A stretch of 64,000 nucleotides of DNA, from positions 45,664-109,663 of the forward strand of contig JBEKWC010000011.1 of NCBI GenBank assembly GCA_049513475.1, read 5' to 3'. Positions within the stretch are counted from its first letter, which is position 1; every line of letters begins with the position of its first letter. This document shows, in pieces, positions 17,678-25,351 of this stretch. Both the position numbers and the translations under genes were made by a program. The notes under the pieces are model-generated. The model was not told the origin of the DNA. It did no database searches and saw only the letters and a program-made list of their open reading frames with translations. This DNA comes from Candidatus Sulfotelmatobacter sp. Lineage in GTDB: Bacteria > Acidobacteriota > Terriglobia > Terriglobales > Acidobacteriaceae.

Positions 17678-19204
17678 TTAAGAGACCTTCTGGATCGTAT
17701 CGTTTTTTTCGGGATAGGCGCGGCGAAGCTGTCGGGACGAATAGTAGAGCTGATAGGGAAGATAGTAAGTGCCGTTCAGTGCGATTGCCAAGTCCACAAG
17801 ATCGACTGTGGTTCTGCGGAGGATCTCAGTTTGCTCTGCATTCAGTTTTTGATTGAAATACAGAACAAATGCGAACATATCCTGCTTGGCGTAAGGCAGT
17901 GCTGTGACGGTATCTTTTTGTACGCTCCGGATGGTGACGTTTAATAGGTTAGATCCGTCCCGCTGAACAACGGATCTGAGGCCATCGACGAACTCTGGCA
18001 TGCGATCTCGCGGGATAAAGTACTCCTGGAGAATGTCAGTATCCTGCAGTTGGTTGCGCAGGTATGCCATCGAGTCGTTCATTTCTTCGTTTCTTGAAAC
18101 CAGGCACGCATCTTTTTGAACCGTCGCTTGGTTGCGCGACATGCAGGCATGAAGCTTCGGGCCCAGGCGTTTCTCGAGTGTCCATCGAAGCCAGCGGCCG
18201 AAGGCACCGGTTTTGGAGAAGTTGATGACGAGCCGGTCAAGGCGGTCGTGAGTGGAAGGTTGGATGGGCGGGATTGGCCCGTCCAGGTCTGTCTTGCGAT
18301 AGATGTGAATCGCCGTTTCCCGAAGGTAGGACGTCGGGGAAATGGAGATACGCCCGTACATCAGGCCGACCGAGTCATCCTCGGCGACGTGGGTTCGATA
18401 GTAGGCGGGGAACTGGCGGAAATCCAGTTCGTGAGTTTCGAGGGAGTAGATTTCGTTATCCACCAGCTGAATGTCGGCATCGAGAATAACGCCGAACAAG
18501 CCGTAGCCGCCGAGAACCAGACGAAAAAGCTCCGAGTTCTCGGTTTGGCTGGCATTTCTGATTTCTCCATTCGTTAACATGATGCGCATGGACTGCACCG
18601 TAGATGCAACGGGGCCCGGCCGATGAGCGATGCCGTGGGCATTTACGCTCAACGAACCTCCAATCGTGAAGACGTTGATGGACTGCATCGCCTGGATCGA
18701 AAGGCCCTCTTTGTCGATCAGTTGTTGGATCTGAGCCCAGGTTGTGCCGGATTGGACGCGCACGACCTTGCGGCTGCGGTCGAGGGTGATCGCATTAAAA
18801 TCTCGCATGTCGAGAACCAGACCATCCTTAGAGAAAGCCTGGCCCCCCATACTGTGCCTCTGCCCAGCAACCGAGATTTTAAGGTGATTGGCGCGAGCGA
18901 ACTCCATTGACGCCCGCACGTCTTCGACGGTCCTGATTCGTGCGATTCCATAGACGCGCGTCTTGTTCAGGCAACTAGCGTCGTTAATGAAACCGTCCTG
19001 ATCCTCAAGAAAGGCCGGGAGATCTTCCGGCTTGATGAGGATGGTGGTGGGTTTGTTGTCGGTGGGATCGCCGGGAATGGCGAATTCGCAGCTTTTCGGC
19101 CCCTTCGGCGGAGCGGAGTAGTCGGAAATTTTTTTCCCGCTAAAAACCGCGACGCAGGTCAAGAGGAAGGACGCTACCAGCGCACGGCGTTTACTCCAAA
19201 CCAT
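17678..19204 (-). CDS. FAD-binding (PCMH-type) oxidoreductase, membrane-anchored or secreted
   Basis: About 508 aa from the ATG at 19204. N-terminal hydrophobic helix and an FAD-binding-4-like region (ISVAGQRHSMGGQ ... GGSLSVNAHG). Visibly lower GC than the flanks. Confidence 0.7.
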   Translation of the reverse strand: MVWSKRRALVASFLLTCVAVFSGKKISDYSAPPKGPKSCEFAIPGDPTDNKPTTILIKPEDLPAFLEDQDGFINDASCLNKTRVYGIARIRTVEDVRASMEFARANHLKISVAGQRHSMGGQAFSKDGLVLDMRDFNAITLDRSRKVVRVQSGTTWAQIQQLIDKEGLSIQAMQSINVFTIGGSLSVNAHGIAHRPGPVASTVQSMRIMLTNGEIRNASQTENSELFRLVLGGYGLFGVILDADIQLVDNEIYSLETHELDFRQFPAYYRTHVAEDDSVGLMYGRISISPTSYLRETAIHIYRKTDLDGPIPPIQPSTHDRLDRLVINFSKTGAFGRWLRWTLEKRLGPKLHACMSRNQATVQKDACLVSRNEEMNDSMAYLRNQLQDTDILQEYFIPRDRMPEFVDGLRSVVQRDGSNLLNVTIRSVQKDTVTALPYAKQDMFAFVLYFNQKLNAEQTEILRRTTVDLVDLAIALNGTYYLPYQLYYSSRQLRRAYPEKNDTIQKVS

Positions 19205-19233
19205 TCGAGGAGAAGCCCGCAAAGGATTCTACC

Positions 19234-19434
19234 TTAGATCCTGAACGGGGCGGCTAGCAGGCGGAATGGGAGCGTGATGGCCAGGTAAATGACCTCCAAG
19301 ACACCGTGGATGGCTATGCCCACGATTCGGAACGGCAAAAGCAATAGCCAGATGAACGGGTAGGCGATCAGCGCCAACAAAGCCAGCGGCCAGCAGAGTA
19401 CGAAGAGGATGCACCAGAGGAGCAGAGTGAACAA
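19234..19434 (-). CDS. Small two-TM membrane protein (66 aa)
   Basis: MFTLLLWCILFVLCWPLALLALIAYPFIWLLLLPFRIVGIAIHGVLEVIYLAITLPF. It ends 30 nt upstream of the oxidoreductase start on the same strand. Confidence 0.5.
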   Translation of the reverse strand: MFTLLLWCILFVLCWPLALLALIAYPFIWLLLLPFRIVGIAIHGVLEVIYLAITLPFRLLAAPFRI

Positions 19435-19545
19435 GGCAGGACCTCCTTCTTTTTCTATTTTAATCTACGTGACGGGAAACGAAAAAGTTCCGCCGGAAGG
19501 CTTTATAAAATGCTTTATCGGGGCATTCGTAGGGTCGGCAGGATA

Positions 19546-19608
19546 GGGGTCCTTCGACTGCGGTTTCGCTTCGCTATCGCGAAGCAAAATCCTCGCTCAG
19601 GATGACAA
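19546..19608 (+). repeat. REP-like element, family A copy 2 (long form with a nested hairpin)
   Basis: GGGGTCCTTCGACTGCG-[GTTTCGCTTCGCTATCGCGAAGCAAAATCCTC]-GCTCAGGATGACAA. Confidence 0.7.
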
Positions 19609-19619
19609 ATATAAGATTG

Positions 19620-20954
19620 CTACTCGTAGCGGAGGGCTTCTGCCGGCAGCGTTCTGCCTGCGGACCATGATGGGTAGAGTGTGGCTATGAACGATACGCC
19701 GATCGCCACGCTCGCTACCAGTACTCCATCCGTCAGGCGCGGGGCGAAGGGGACGTAGTCGATCGAGTAGACCTCGGGCGAGAGCGAGATGATGTGGTAG
19801 TGGCCGCCGGCGTAGGAGATGGCATAGCCTAGCAGCAAGCCGATCGCGGTGCCGATTACTCCGATCAGGACTCCCTGAGCGATGAAGATGTTGCGCACTT
19901 GCGATTTACGGGTGCCCATCGACATCAGGACGGCAATGTCTTTGGTTTTTTCCATGACCATCATGATCAGCGAAATCAGGATGTTCAGGGCGGCTACGAA
20001 GACGATGAGGCCGATGGTGATGAAGGTGACTAGGCGCTCGAGGCGCAGGGCGTGGAAGAGAGCCTGATTCTGCTCCATCCAGTTGGTGGTCATGAAGCCT
20101 TTGCCTGCGGCGGCTTCGAGTTCGCGGGAGACCTCGCCGGCTTGGTAGATGTCGTCCACTTTGAATTCGATGACCGAGATGAGATCGCCCAGGCCGAAGA
20201 GGCGTTGCGCGTCGGAGAGGCGGGTGAAGGCCCAGGAGGAATCGTAATCGTAGAAGCCGGAGTTGAAAATTCCAACGACGCGGAAGCGGCTGTATTTGGG
20301 GACCATGCCGAAGGGAGTGAGTTCGCCTTGGGGGCTGGTGACGAGCACGACCGAGCCCGCCGTGGCTCCTAGATTGTCGGCCATGTCTTTACCGAGGATG
20401 ATCGGGGGCATGGCGGCCAGTCGGTTGTGGAGTGCTTCGAGCGAGTCTGGAGAGTCGGTCGCTGACCCTCCCTGGACAGAGGAGGCGGCTGTCCCCACAT
20501 GATTCCCCGGATCCCTGTCTTTTTCTGTTGCGTCGAGGGCTTCGGCGGAGCCTTCTTTCATGCTATTCAATAGGTCGCCGATTTTTCTTTCGTCGGCGGG
20601 GATCATGCCTTTGAGGACAGCGCCACGGGCTCGGGGACCGCGGGAAATTAATACTTGCTCGAAAATTGCCGGGGCCGCCGCTACTACGTGCGGCTCTTTG
20701 GACAAACGGGCTAGAAGCGGCGGCCAGTCTTTGATGCCGTCGTCGGCTATGCGGAGGAGGCTGATGTGAGAGGTTGATCCGATGAGGCGCTCCTGCAAAT
20801 CCTGGCGAAAGCCGTTGTTGATGGCTAAGGCGACGATCAGCGAGGCTACGCCAGCGGCTACTCCGACGATGGAGATGCCCGTGATGATGCCGATGAACGC
20901 CTGGCGGCGCTTGGCGCGCAGGTAACGGGTTGCTATGAAGAGTTCGAAGCGCAT
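19620..20954 (-). CDS. lolE: LolC/LolE-family lipoprotein-releasing ABC transporter permease
   Basis: 444 aa. FtsX-like C-terminal 4-TM domain and MacB-like periplasmic domain. Contains an extra segment of about 30-40 aa that coincides with a REP-B copy. Confidence 0.85.
   Translation of the reverse strand: MRFELFIATRYLRAKRRQAFIGIITGISIVGVAAGVASLIVALAINNGFRQDLQERLIGSTSHISLLRIADDGIKDWPPLLARLSKEPHVVAAAPAIFEQVLISRGPRARGAVLKGMIPADERKIGDLLNSMKEGSAEALDATEKDRDPGNHVGTAASSVQGGSATDSPDSLEALHNRLAAMPPIILGKDMADNLGATAGSVVLVTSPQGELTPFGMVPKYSRFRVVGIFNSGFYDYDSSWAFTRLSDAQRLFGLGDLISVIEFKVDDIYQAGEVSRELEAAAGKGFMTTNWMEQNQALFHALRLERLVTFITIGLIVFVAALNILISLIMMVMEKTKDIAVLMSMGTRKSQVRNIFIAQGVLIGVIGTAIGLLLGYAISYAGGHYHIISLSPEVYSIDYVPFAPRLTDGVLVASVAIGVSFIATLYPSWSAGRTLPAEALRYE
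20474..20501 (+). repeat. REP-like element, family B copy 3, in frame inside lolE
   Basis: GGACAGAGGAGGCGGCTGTCCCCACATG. The GGCTGTCCCCACATG part is identical to copy 2. On the lolE strand it encodes part of ...PGNHVGTAASSVQGG... Confidence 0.55.
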
Positions 20955-20962
20955 GCTTGGGT

Positions 20963-20993
20963 CGGCTTCCGGCTTCCGGCTTTCGTTTTCGGC
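20963..20993 (+). repeat. Tandem heptamer array (CGGCTTC-like, degenerating)
   Basis: CGGCTTC CGGCTTC CGGCTTT CGTTTTC GGC, immediately upstream of the lolE start. Same word as at 9466-9496. Confidence 0.65.
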
Positions 20994-21047
20994 TCAGTCG
21001 GATTATAGCTAGCTCTTTCGGTTCTCGTAGGATCGAACGAAAAGCCT

Positions 21048-21689
21048 TTAGCGCGGAGGGCGCGGAGGATGTGCGCGGAGATTGGGGAGCAGGGCCGGGA
21101 CCGTTGCTCGGTACTTTCGAAATTCGTCTTGGAAGCGCTTTTCTAATTCTTTGTCTTCGATCTCGATCATGAGCGCGCCGGTCAGGGTCGCTACGATGGT
21201 TAGCCCCCAACAGACGGTCAAGCCTGTGCCCATGCTCCAGGCTAGCATTTCGCAGAGATGGCCCAGATAGACCGGGTGGCGCACTCGGGCACGGATGCCG
21301 GCGGTGGCCAGACGCTGCTGGCTGTGGTTGGGGCGAATCTCTGGCAGTCCGGCGAACTGCGACAAGGTGAAGTGGCGACGTGACAGTTGATAGAGAATGA
21401 TGCCGGCGCTGAATAAGAGCGCGGCGGGAATCCACGTCCATCGAACTTCATAAAGCGCGAGGCTCCGCCACGGTGCGCTGATCGCGGCGACAGTGGCCCA
21501 CATTCCGATCCACAGGGGCAGAAGCATTTTGTAGGGGGATCGCAGGCACGATCGCCAATACTCGGCGCGGGGATGAATCAGGAGCCAGAATGCCGGGATC
21601 GTCGAGTAGATCACGCAGGCGATCCAGGCAGCGGTATGAATGAGTCTCACGATATAGACATTATGCTGTGCTACGAATGTTGCTCGCAT
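21048..21689 (-). CDS. Isoprenylcysteine carboxyl methyltransferase (ICMT)/PEMT-family membrane methyltransferase
   Basis: 213 aa, multi-TM. C-terminal motif RHPVYLGHLCEMLAW ... E.ED.ELE.RFG-type. Confidence 0.7.
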   Translation of the reverse strand: MRATFVAQHNVYIVRLIHTAAWIACVIYSTIPAFWLLIHPRAEYWRSCLRSPYKMLLPLWIGMWATVAAISAPWRSLALYEVRWTWIPAALLFSAGIILYQLSRRHFTLSQFAGLPEIRPNHSQQRLATAGIRARVRHPVYLGHLCEMLAWSMGTGLTVCWGLTIVATLTGALMIEIEDKELEKRFQDEFRKYRATVPALLPNLRAHPPRPPR

Positions 21690-21699
21690 ATCTTAGATG

Positions 21700-22095
21700 C
21701 TAAGAGAGGCGGGCGATTCCGGGAAAACCGTCGAAGCCGGTATCGAAGGTCAGAATGCGCTCGATGCCATGTTGTTCCATCACGGCGAGGTGGACGGAGT
21801 CGCGCGCGGAAAGGCGCGGGTAGCTGAGTACGATCTGTTGGGCGCGCTCGACGACAGCGCGGTCAATCGGGAGCACCTCGTCCACCACCGTGAGCAGTGC
21901 GTCGAAGGCGGGCGGGATGTCGTACGGGCGATTGATGGCGGAATAGCGGTACAGAATTTCCTGGAGCACTTCCGCGTCGGTCACCAGACGCTGGCGTTCG
22001 CTCACCAACCTTTCCAGCCAGTGTTGCGTATCGGTTTTGCGGGTGCCCGGCGCCCCCGCCAAATACACGGGGATATTGGAGTCGATCAGAATCAC
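21700..22095 (-). CDS. vapC: PIN-domain toxin VapC
   Basis: 131 aa. N-terminal ILIDSNI (acidic Asp), central E, C-terminal D (RDSVHLAVM ... TFD) layout. 4-nt overlap with the upstream antitoxin gene. Confidence 0.85.
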   Translation of the reverse strand: MILIDSNIPVYLAGAPGTRKTDTQHWLERLVSERQRLVTDAEVLQEILYRYSAINRPYDIPPAFDALLTVVDEVLPIDRAVVERAQQIVLSYPRLSARDSVHLAVMEQHGIERILTFDTGFDGFPGIARLS

Positions 22096-22349
22096 GGCTG
22101 CGGACCGGATAAGTATCCGCTCTCGATTTCCGCCAGCATGGTGTCGATGTCCGCGGTCGGCGATTCATGGCGAGCGGCGGCTCGGATGGCCTCGAGTTTT
22201 TTCTCCACGCCGCCCCAAGGTTGTTGACTGCGCGCGTGCTGCAAAGCCTGGCGAACCCACTCGGCCAGCGACATGTGGCGGGCGCGCGCCATGCGTTTGA
22301 TTTCGCGGTATTCAGGGTCCTGCAGGATGACCTGCAGCCGTTTAGCCAT
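22092..22349 (-). CDS. vapB: Ribbon-helix-helix antitoxin VapB
   Basis: 85 aa. MAKRLQVILQDPEYREIKRMARARHMSLAEWVRQAL is a typical RHH/CopG N-terminus. Confidence 0.8.
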   Translation of the reverse strand: MAKRLQVILQDPEYREIKRMARARHMSLAEWVRQALQHARSQQPWGGVEKKLEAIRAAARHESPTADIDTMLAEIESGYLSGPQP

Positions 22350-22352
22350 AGG

Positions 22353-22383
22353 ATGAGTCTATTTGACTCATCATCATGAGTCA
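22353..22383 (-). promoter_or_regulatory. Candidate VapB operator (ATGAGTC half-sites)
   Basis: Perfect inverted repeat GATGAGTC-TATTT-GACTCATC (22353-22373) plus a third ATGAGTC at 22377-22383, directly upstream of the vapB ATG. Confidence 0.5.
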
Positions 22384-22465
22384 GTGCTGTTTTGCGGCGG
22401 GCTGCGCGTGCGCATGCGCTTTGCTCCGTTCTGTGGCACATTAGAGGATCGAAATTGCTTGAACC

Positions 22466-23746
22466 ATGCCCACTCCCGATTCCAGAGCTGGACGCATCGC
22501 TTTCACGAATCCGGATTTCGTGCGGTTTCAGATTGCGCGTTTTCTGATCGTGGGGGCGACTGAGATGCAGGCGGTCGCCGTGGGCTGGCAGGTTTACGGC
22601 ATCACGCGGCGGGCGCTTGATTTGGGGCTGGTGGGGTTGGCCCAATTTCTGCCGGGGATTTTGCTTTTTCTGGTGAGCGGACACGCCTCGGATCGATTCG
22701 AGCGGCGCAAAGTATTGGGGGCGTGCTACGCCGGGTATGCGTTGTGCTCCGGGCTTTTGTTGTGGATCGCCGAGCGCGGCACGCAGTCGGTGCGGCCGAT
22801 CTATGTCGTGCTGGTTCTGCTGGGGGTGGTGCGTTCGTTCAATGGGACGGCGAGCCGATCGATTTTGCCGCAGTTGGTTCCCGATGAGCACTTCGCCAAC
22901 GCGGTCGCCTGGAACGCCACCACTTTTCAGGCGGCGACGATTCTCGGGCCTTCGCTCGGTGGAATTCTTTACGCCGTGGCGAACGGGCCATCGGTGGTTT
23001 ATGGGGTTGCGGTGCTGGTGGCGGTGGCCGCGCTGGCTTCAATTTTTCGTATTAAGATCCGGCCACAGGCCCGGCGCCGTGAACCCACAACGCTCAAAAC
23101 TGTGTTTGCCGGATTGCACTTCATCTGGCGGCAGAAGCTCATCCTAGGGGCGATCTCACTCGACTTGTTTGCGGTGCTGCTGGGCGGAGCGGTAGCGCTG
23201 CTTCCGGTTTATGCTCGGGAGATTCTGCATACCGGACCGTGGGGATTGGGATTGTTGCGTACCGCGCCCGGAGTGGGCGCGGCGGTGATGGCGATGGCAT
23301 TGGCGCATCGTCCGCTACGGGGGCGGGCCGGGCCTGCGCTGCTTTGGTCTGTGGCCGGATTTGGTGTGTGCACGATATGGTTTGGAGTTTCCACCAGCCT
23401 GGTGCTCTCGCTGTTCTCGCTGATTTTTTTGGGAGCGGCCGACATGATCAGCGTGATCATTCGCGCCACGCTGGTGCAGTTGCGCACTCCGGATGAAATG
23501 CGCGGGCGGGTGATGGCGGTCGATATGGTTTTTATTGGAACTTCGAATGAACTGGGGCAGTTTGAGTCGGGGCTTACGGCGCAGTGGTTCGGCACCGTGC
23601 CCGCGGTGGTGCTGGGAGGCGTGGGGACTTTGGTGGTGATGGGGTTGTGGGCCTGGTGGTTTCCGGAGTTACGTCGCGCAGGAGCGCTGGGAGCCATGAA
23701 GAGCATCTCGGAGGAGGCCTCAGAGGCGGCGGAGAGCGCGCATTAG
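22466..23746 (+). CDS. MFS transporter (EntS/DUF894-like)
   Basis: 426 aa, about 12 predicted TM segments. N-terminal FxRFxxARFLxxxG and D-R-x-x-R-R loop motifs. Confidence 0.8.
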   Translation: MPTPDSRAGRIAFTNPDFVRFQIARFLIVGATEMQAVAVGWQVYGITRRALDLGLVGLAQFLPGILLFLVSGHASDRFERRKVLGACYAGYALCSGLLLWIAERGTQSVRPIYVVLVLLGVVRSFNGTASRSILPQLVPDEHFANAVAWNATTFQAATILGPSLGGILYAVANGPSVVYGVAVLVAVAALASIFRIKIRPQARRREPTTLKTVFAGLHFIWRQKLILGAISLDLFAVLLGGAVALLPVYAREILHTGPWGLGLLRTAPGVGAAVMAMALAHRPLRGRAGPALLWSVAGFGVCTIWFGVSTSLVLSLFSLIFLGAADMISVIIRATLVQLRTPDEMRGRVMAVDMVFIGTSNELGQFESGLTAQWFGTVPAVVLGGVGTLVVMGLWAWWFPELRRAGALGAMKSISEEASEAAESAH

Positions 23747-23790
23747 CGTCGTTGTTCGAAGTGGACAACGAGGTGTGCCAGCGAGTGCAG

Positions 23791-23818
23791 AGGTCCTTCG
23801 CTTGGCTCAGGATGACAA
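23791..23818 (+). repeat. REP-like element, family A copy 3 (short form)
   Basis: AGGTCCTTCGCTTGGCTCAGGATGACAA, between convergent genes. Confidence 0.6.
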
Positions 23819-23839
23819 CGTTTCAGCGAAGCAATTGGT

Positions 23840-25117
23840 TCATTTGACGTTGACCGTAACGGTTGCTGTGGTGCGGCCGTATTGGTTGGTGGAATAGAGC
23901 GTGTAGGTGGTGGTTGTCATGGGATTCACGGTCACCGTGGCGCCGCGAACTGCGCCGGCTTCGGGCGATACGATTTCATAATTGGAGTTGGTTGTGGACC
24001 AGGACAGGGTGACGCTTGCTCCCGAGGAAACGCTTGAGGGGCTTGCGGTGAAACTGCTGATGGTGGGAGCGGCACCGGTGGGTGCGGTGGAGTTGGTGTA
24101 GATGGGATTCATCTGCACCACTTCGAAGGCGGAGGCGGGAACGGTCTTTAGCGATTCGAGATCGGACCCCCAGCGGCTGTCGGATGCGCCGGTGACGAAG
24201 AGCGGGCTGCCATTATCGGCCAGGATCAGGCCGTAGCGTTGCATCGCGCTGAGAATTGCTTGCATGCTCGGGTCGAAGCCGGAGAGGTCGTAGCTGGATT
24301 TCAGGCGCAGGCGCATGCCCATGGGCGGAGCGGTGGGATCGCTGGAAGTCGCGGCGTCATGCGAAGCGGGCGGAATGAAGGCCGCGCTGGTTTGCGGCAG
24401 CGTGAAGCGGAAAGCGTGTTGGATCTTTCCCGCCGCAACTTCGTCGTAGCGAATTAATCCTGGGAATATCGGTAGGCCGGCGGCGTCGGCGGAGGTCCAG
24501 GTGTAGGGGCGCTGCGCATTTCCATCTCCCAATAGATCCCAAACTGCAGTGGAATCGGCGCTCCAGCTTCCGTCTGGGTTGGGAGAGGAATTGTAAAGCT
24601 CATAGAGAAAGCAGTTGCTATTGTCGAGCACGAGCACGTGGCGGTCGCCGGTGCTGGAGGAGCCTCCTTCGACGGGCGCGGTGGCGGGCACGGGCATGGG
24701 GCCTGGATCGCTTTCGCTGGCGTAGGCGTTGAGATCGATATTCACCAGCAGCTGACTTCCGTTTACCACCACGTAGGGAATGCCGTAGGTTGGGTCGGCG
24801 CCGAAGTCAGGGTGAACGTTCACTGCGCCGACGAAGTTGTCGATGATGGTGTTGGAGTTGGGATCGACGGGGGCAGAGGAGATGTCGGTGTTCCACGGGC
24901 TGATGCTGGTGAAGGGGAGGAATCCGTTGAGGGCTGCGCCTTGGCCGGTGCCGATGACATTGCAGGCTAGATTAGGACTTGAGCCGCCGGTGGTGCCGCC
25001 GGTGCCGACGTTACTGAGAGTGGTGGTATGGGCTGCGCCTCCGCAGGCGGTTAGGGCTAGAGAGAATATTAGTAAGGAGAGGAGAAATGGCGATGGGCGG
25101 GGCGCGTGTTTTCTCAC
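23840..25117 (-). CDS. Lipoprotein of unknown function with a C-terminal Ig-like domain
   Basis: GTG at 25117 gives MRKHAPRPSPFLLSLLIFSLALTAC (lipobox LTAC). 425 aa with a C-terminal beta-sandwich-like segment. The longer track ORF has a proline-rich, non-protein-like N-terminus. Confidence 0.65.
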   Translation of the reverse strand: MRKHAPRPSPFLLSLLIFSLALTACGGAAHTTTLSNVGTGGTTGGSSPNLACNVIGTGQGAALNGFLPFTSISPWNTDISSAPVDPNSNTIIDNFVGAVNVHPDFGADPTYGIPYVVVNGSQLLVNIDLNAYASESDPGPMPVPATAPVEGGSSSTGDRHVLVLDNSNCFLYELYNSSPNPDGSWSADSTAVWDLLGDGNAQRPYTWTSADAAGLPIFPGLIRYDEVAAGKIQHAFRFTLPQTSAAFIPPASHDAATSSDPTAPPMGMRLRLKSSYDLSGFDPSMQAILSAMQRYGLILADNGSPLFVTGASDSRWGSDLESLKTVPASAFEVVQMNPIYTNSTAPTGAAPTISSFTASPSSVSSGASVTLSWSTTNSNYEIVSPEAGAVRGATVTVNPMTTTTYTLYSTNQYGRTTATVTVNVK

Positions 25118-25351
25118 ACTTGCGATTTTTGCTGGCTTGACGATGGAGTGGAAGGGGCCGTTTGGGCGGTTGGGGCTGCGCTTGTGGACATGTACGGGTG
25201 GGCCTAGGGGAGGTGGAGAAGGCCGGTGGGGTCGGCAGTTGAGGGGGTGTGCCTCGCTGCGCTCGGCGGCACGGTCGAAGGCGCCCGTTCCCACGTGTGC
25301 TTGTTCCACACTAGCCCGTTGCCATACTCGCCATTCCCATTCCGCACTTGG

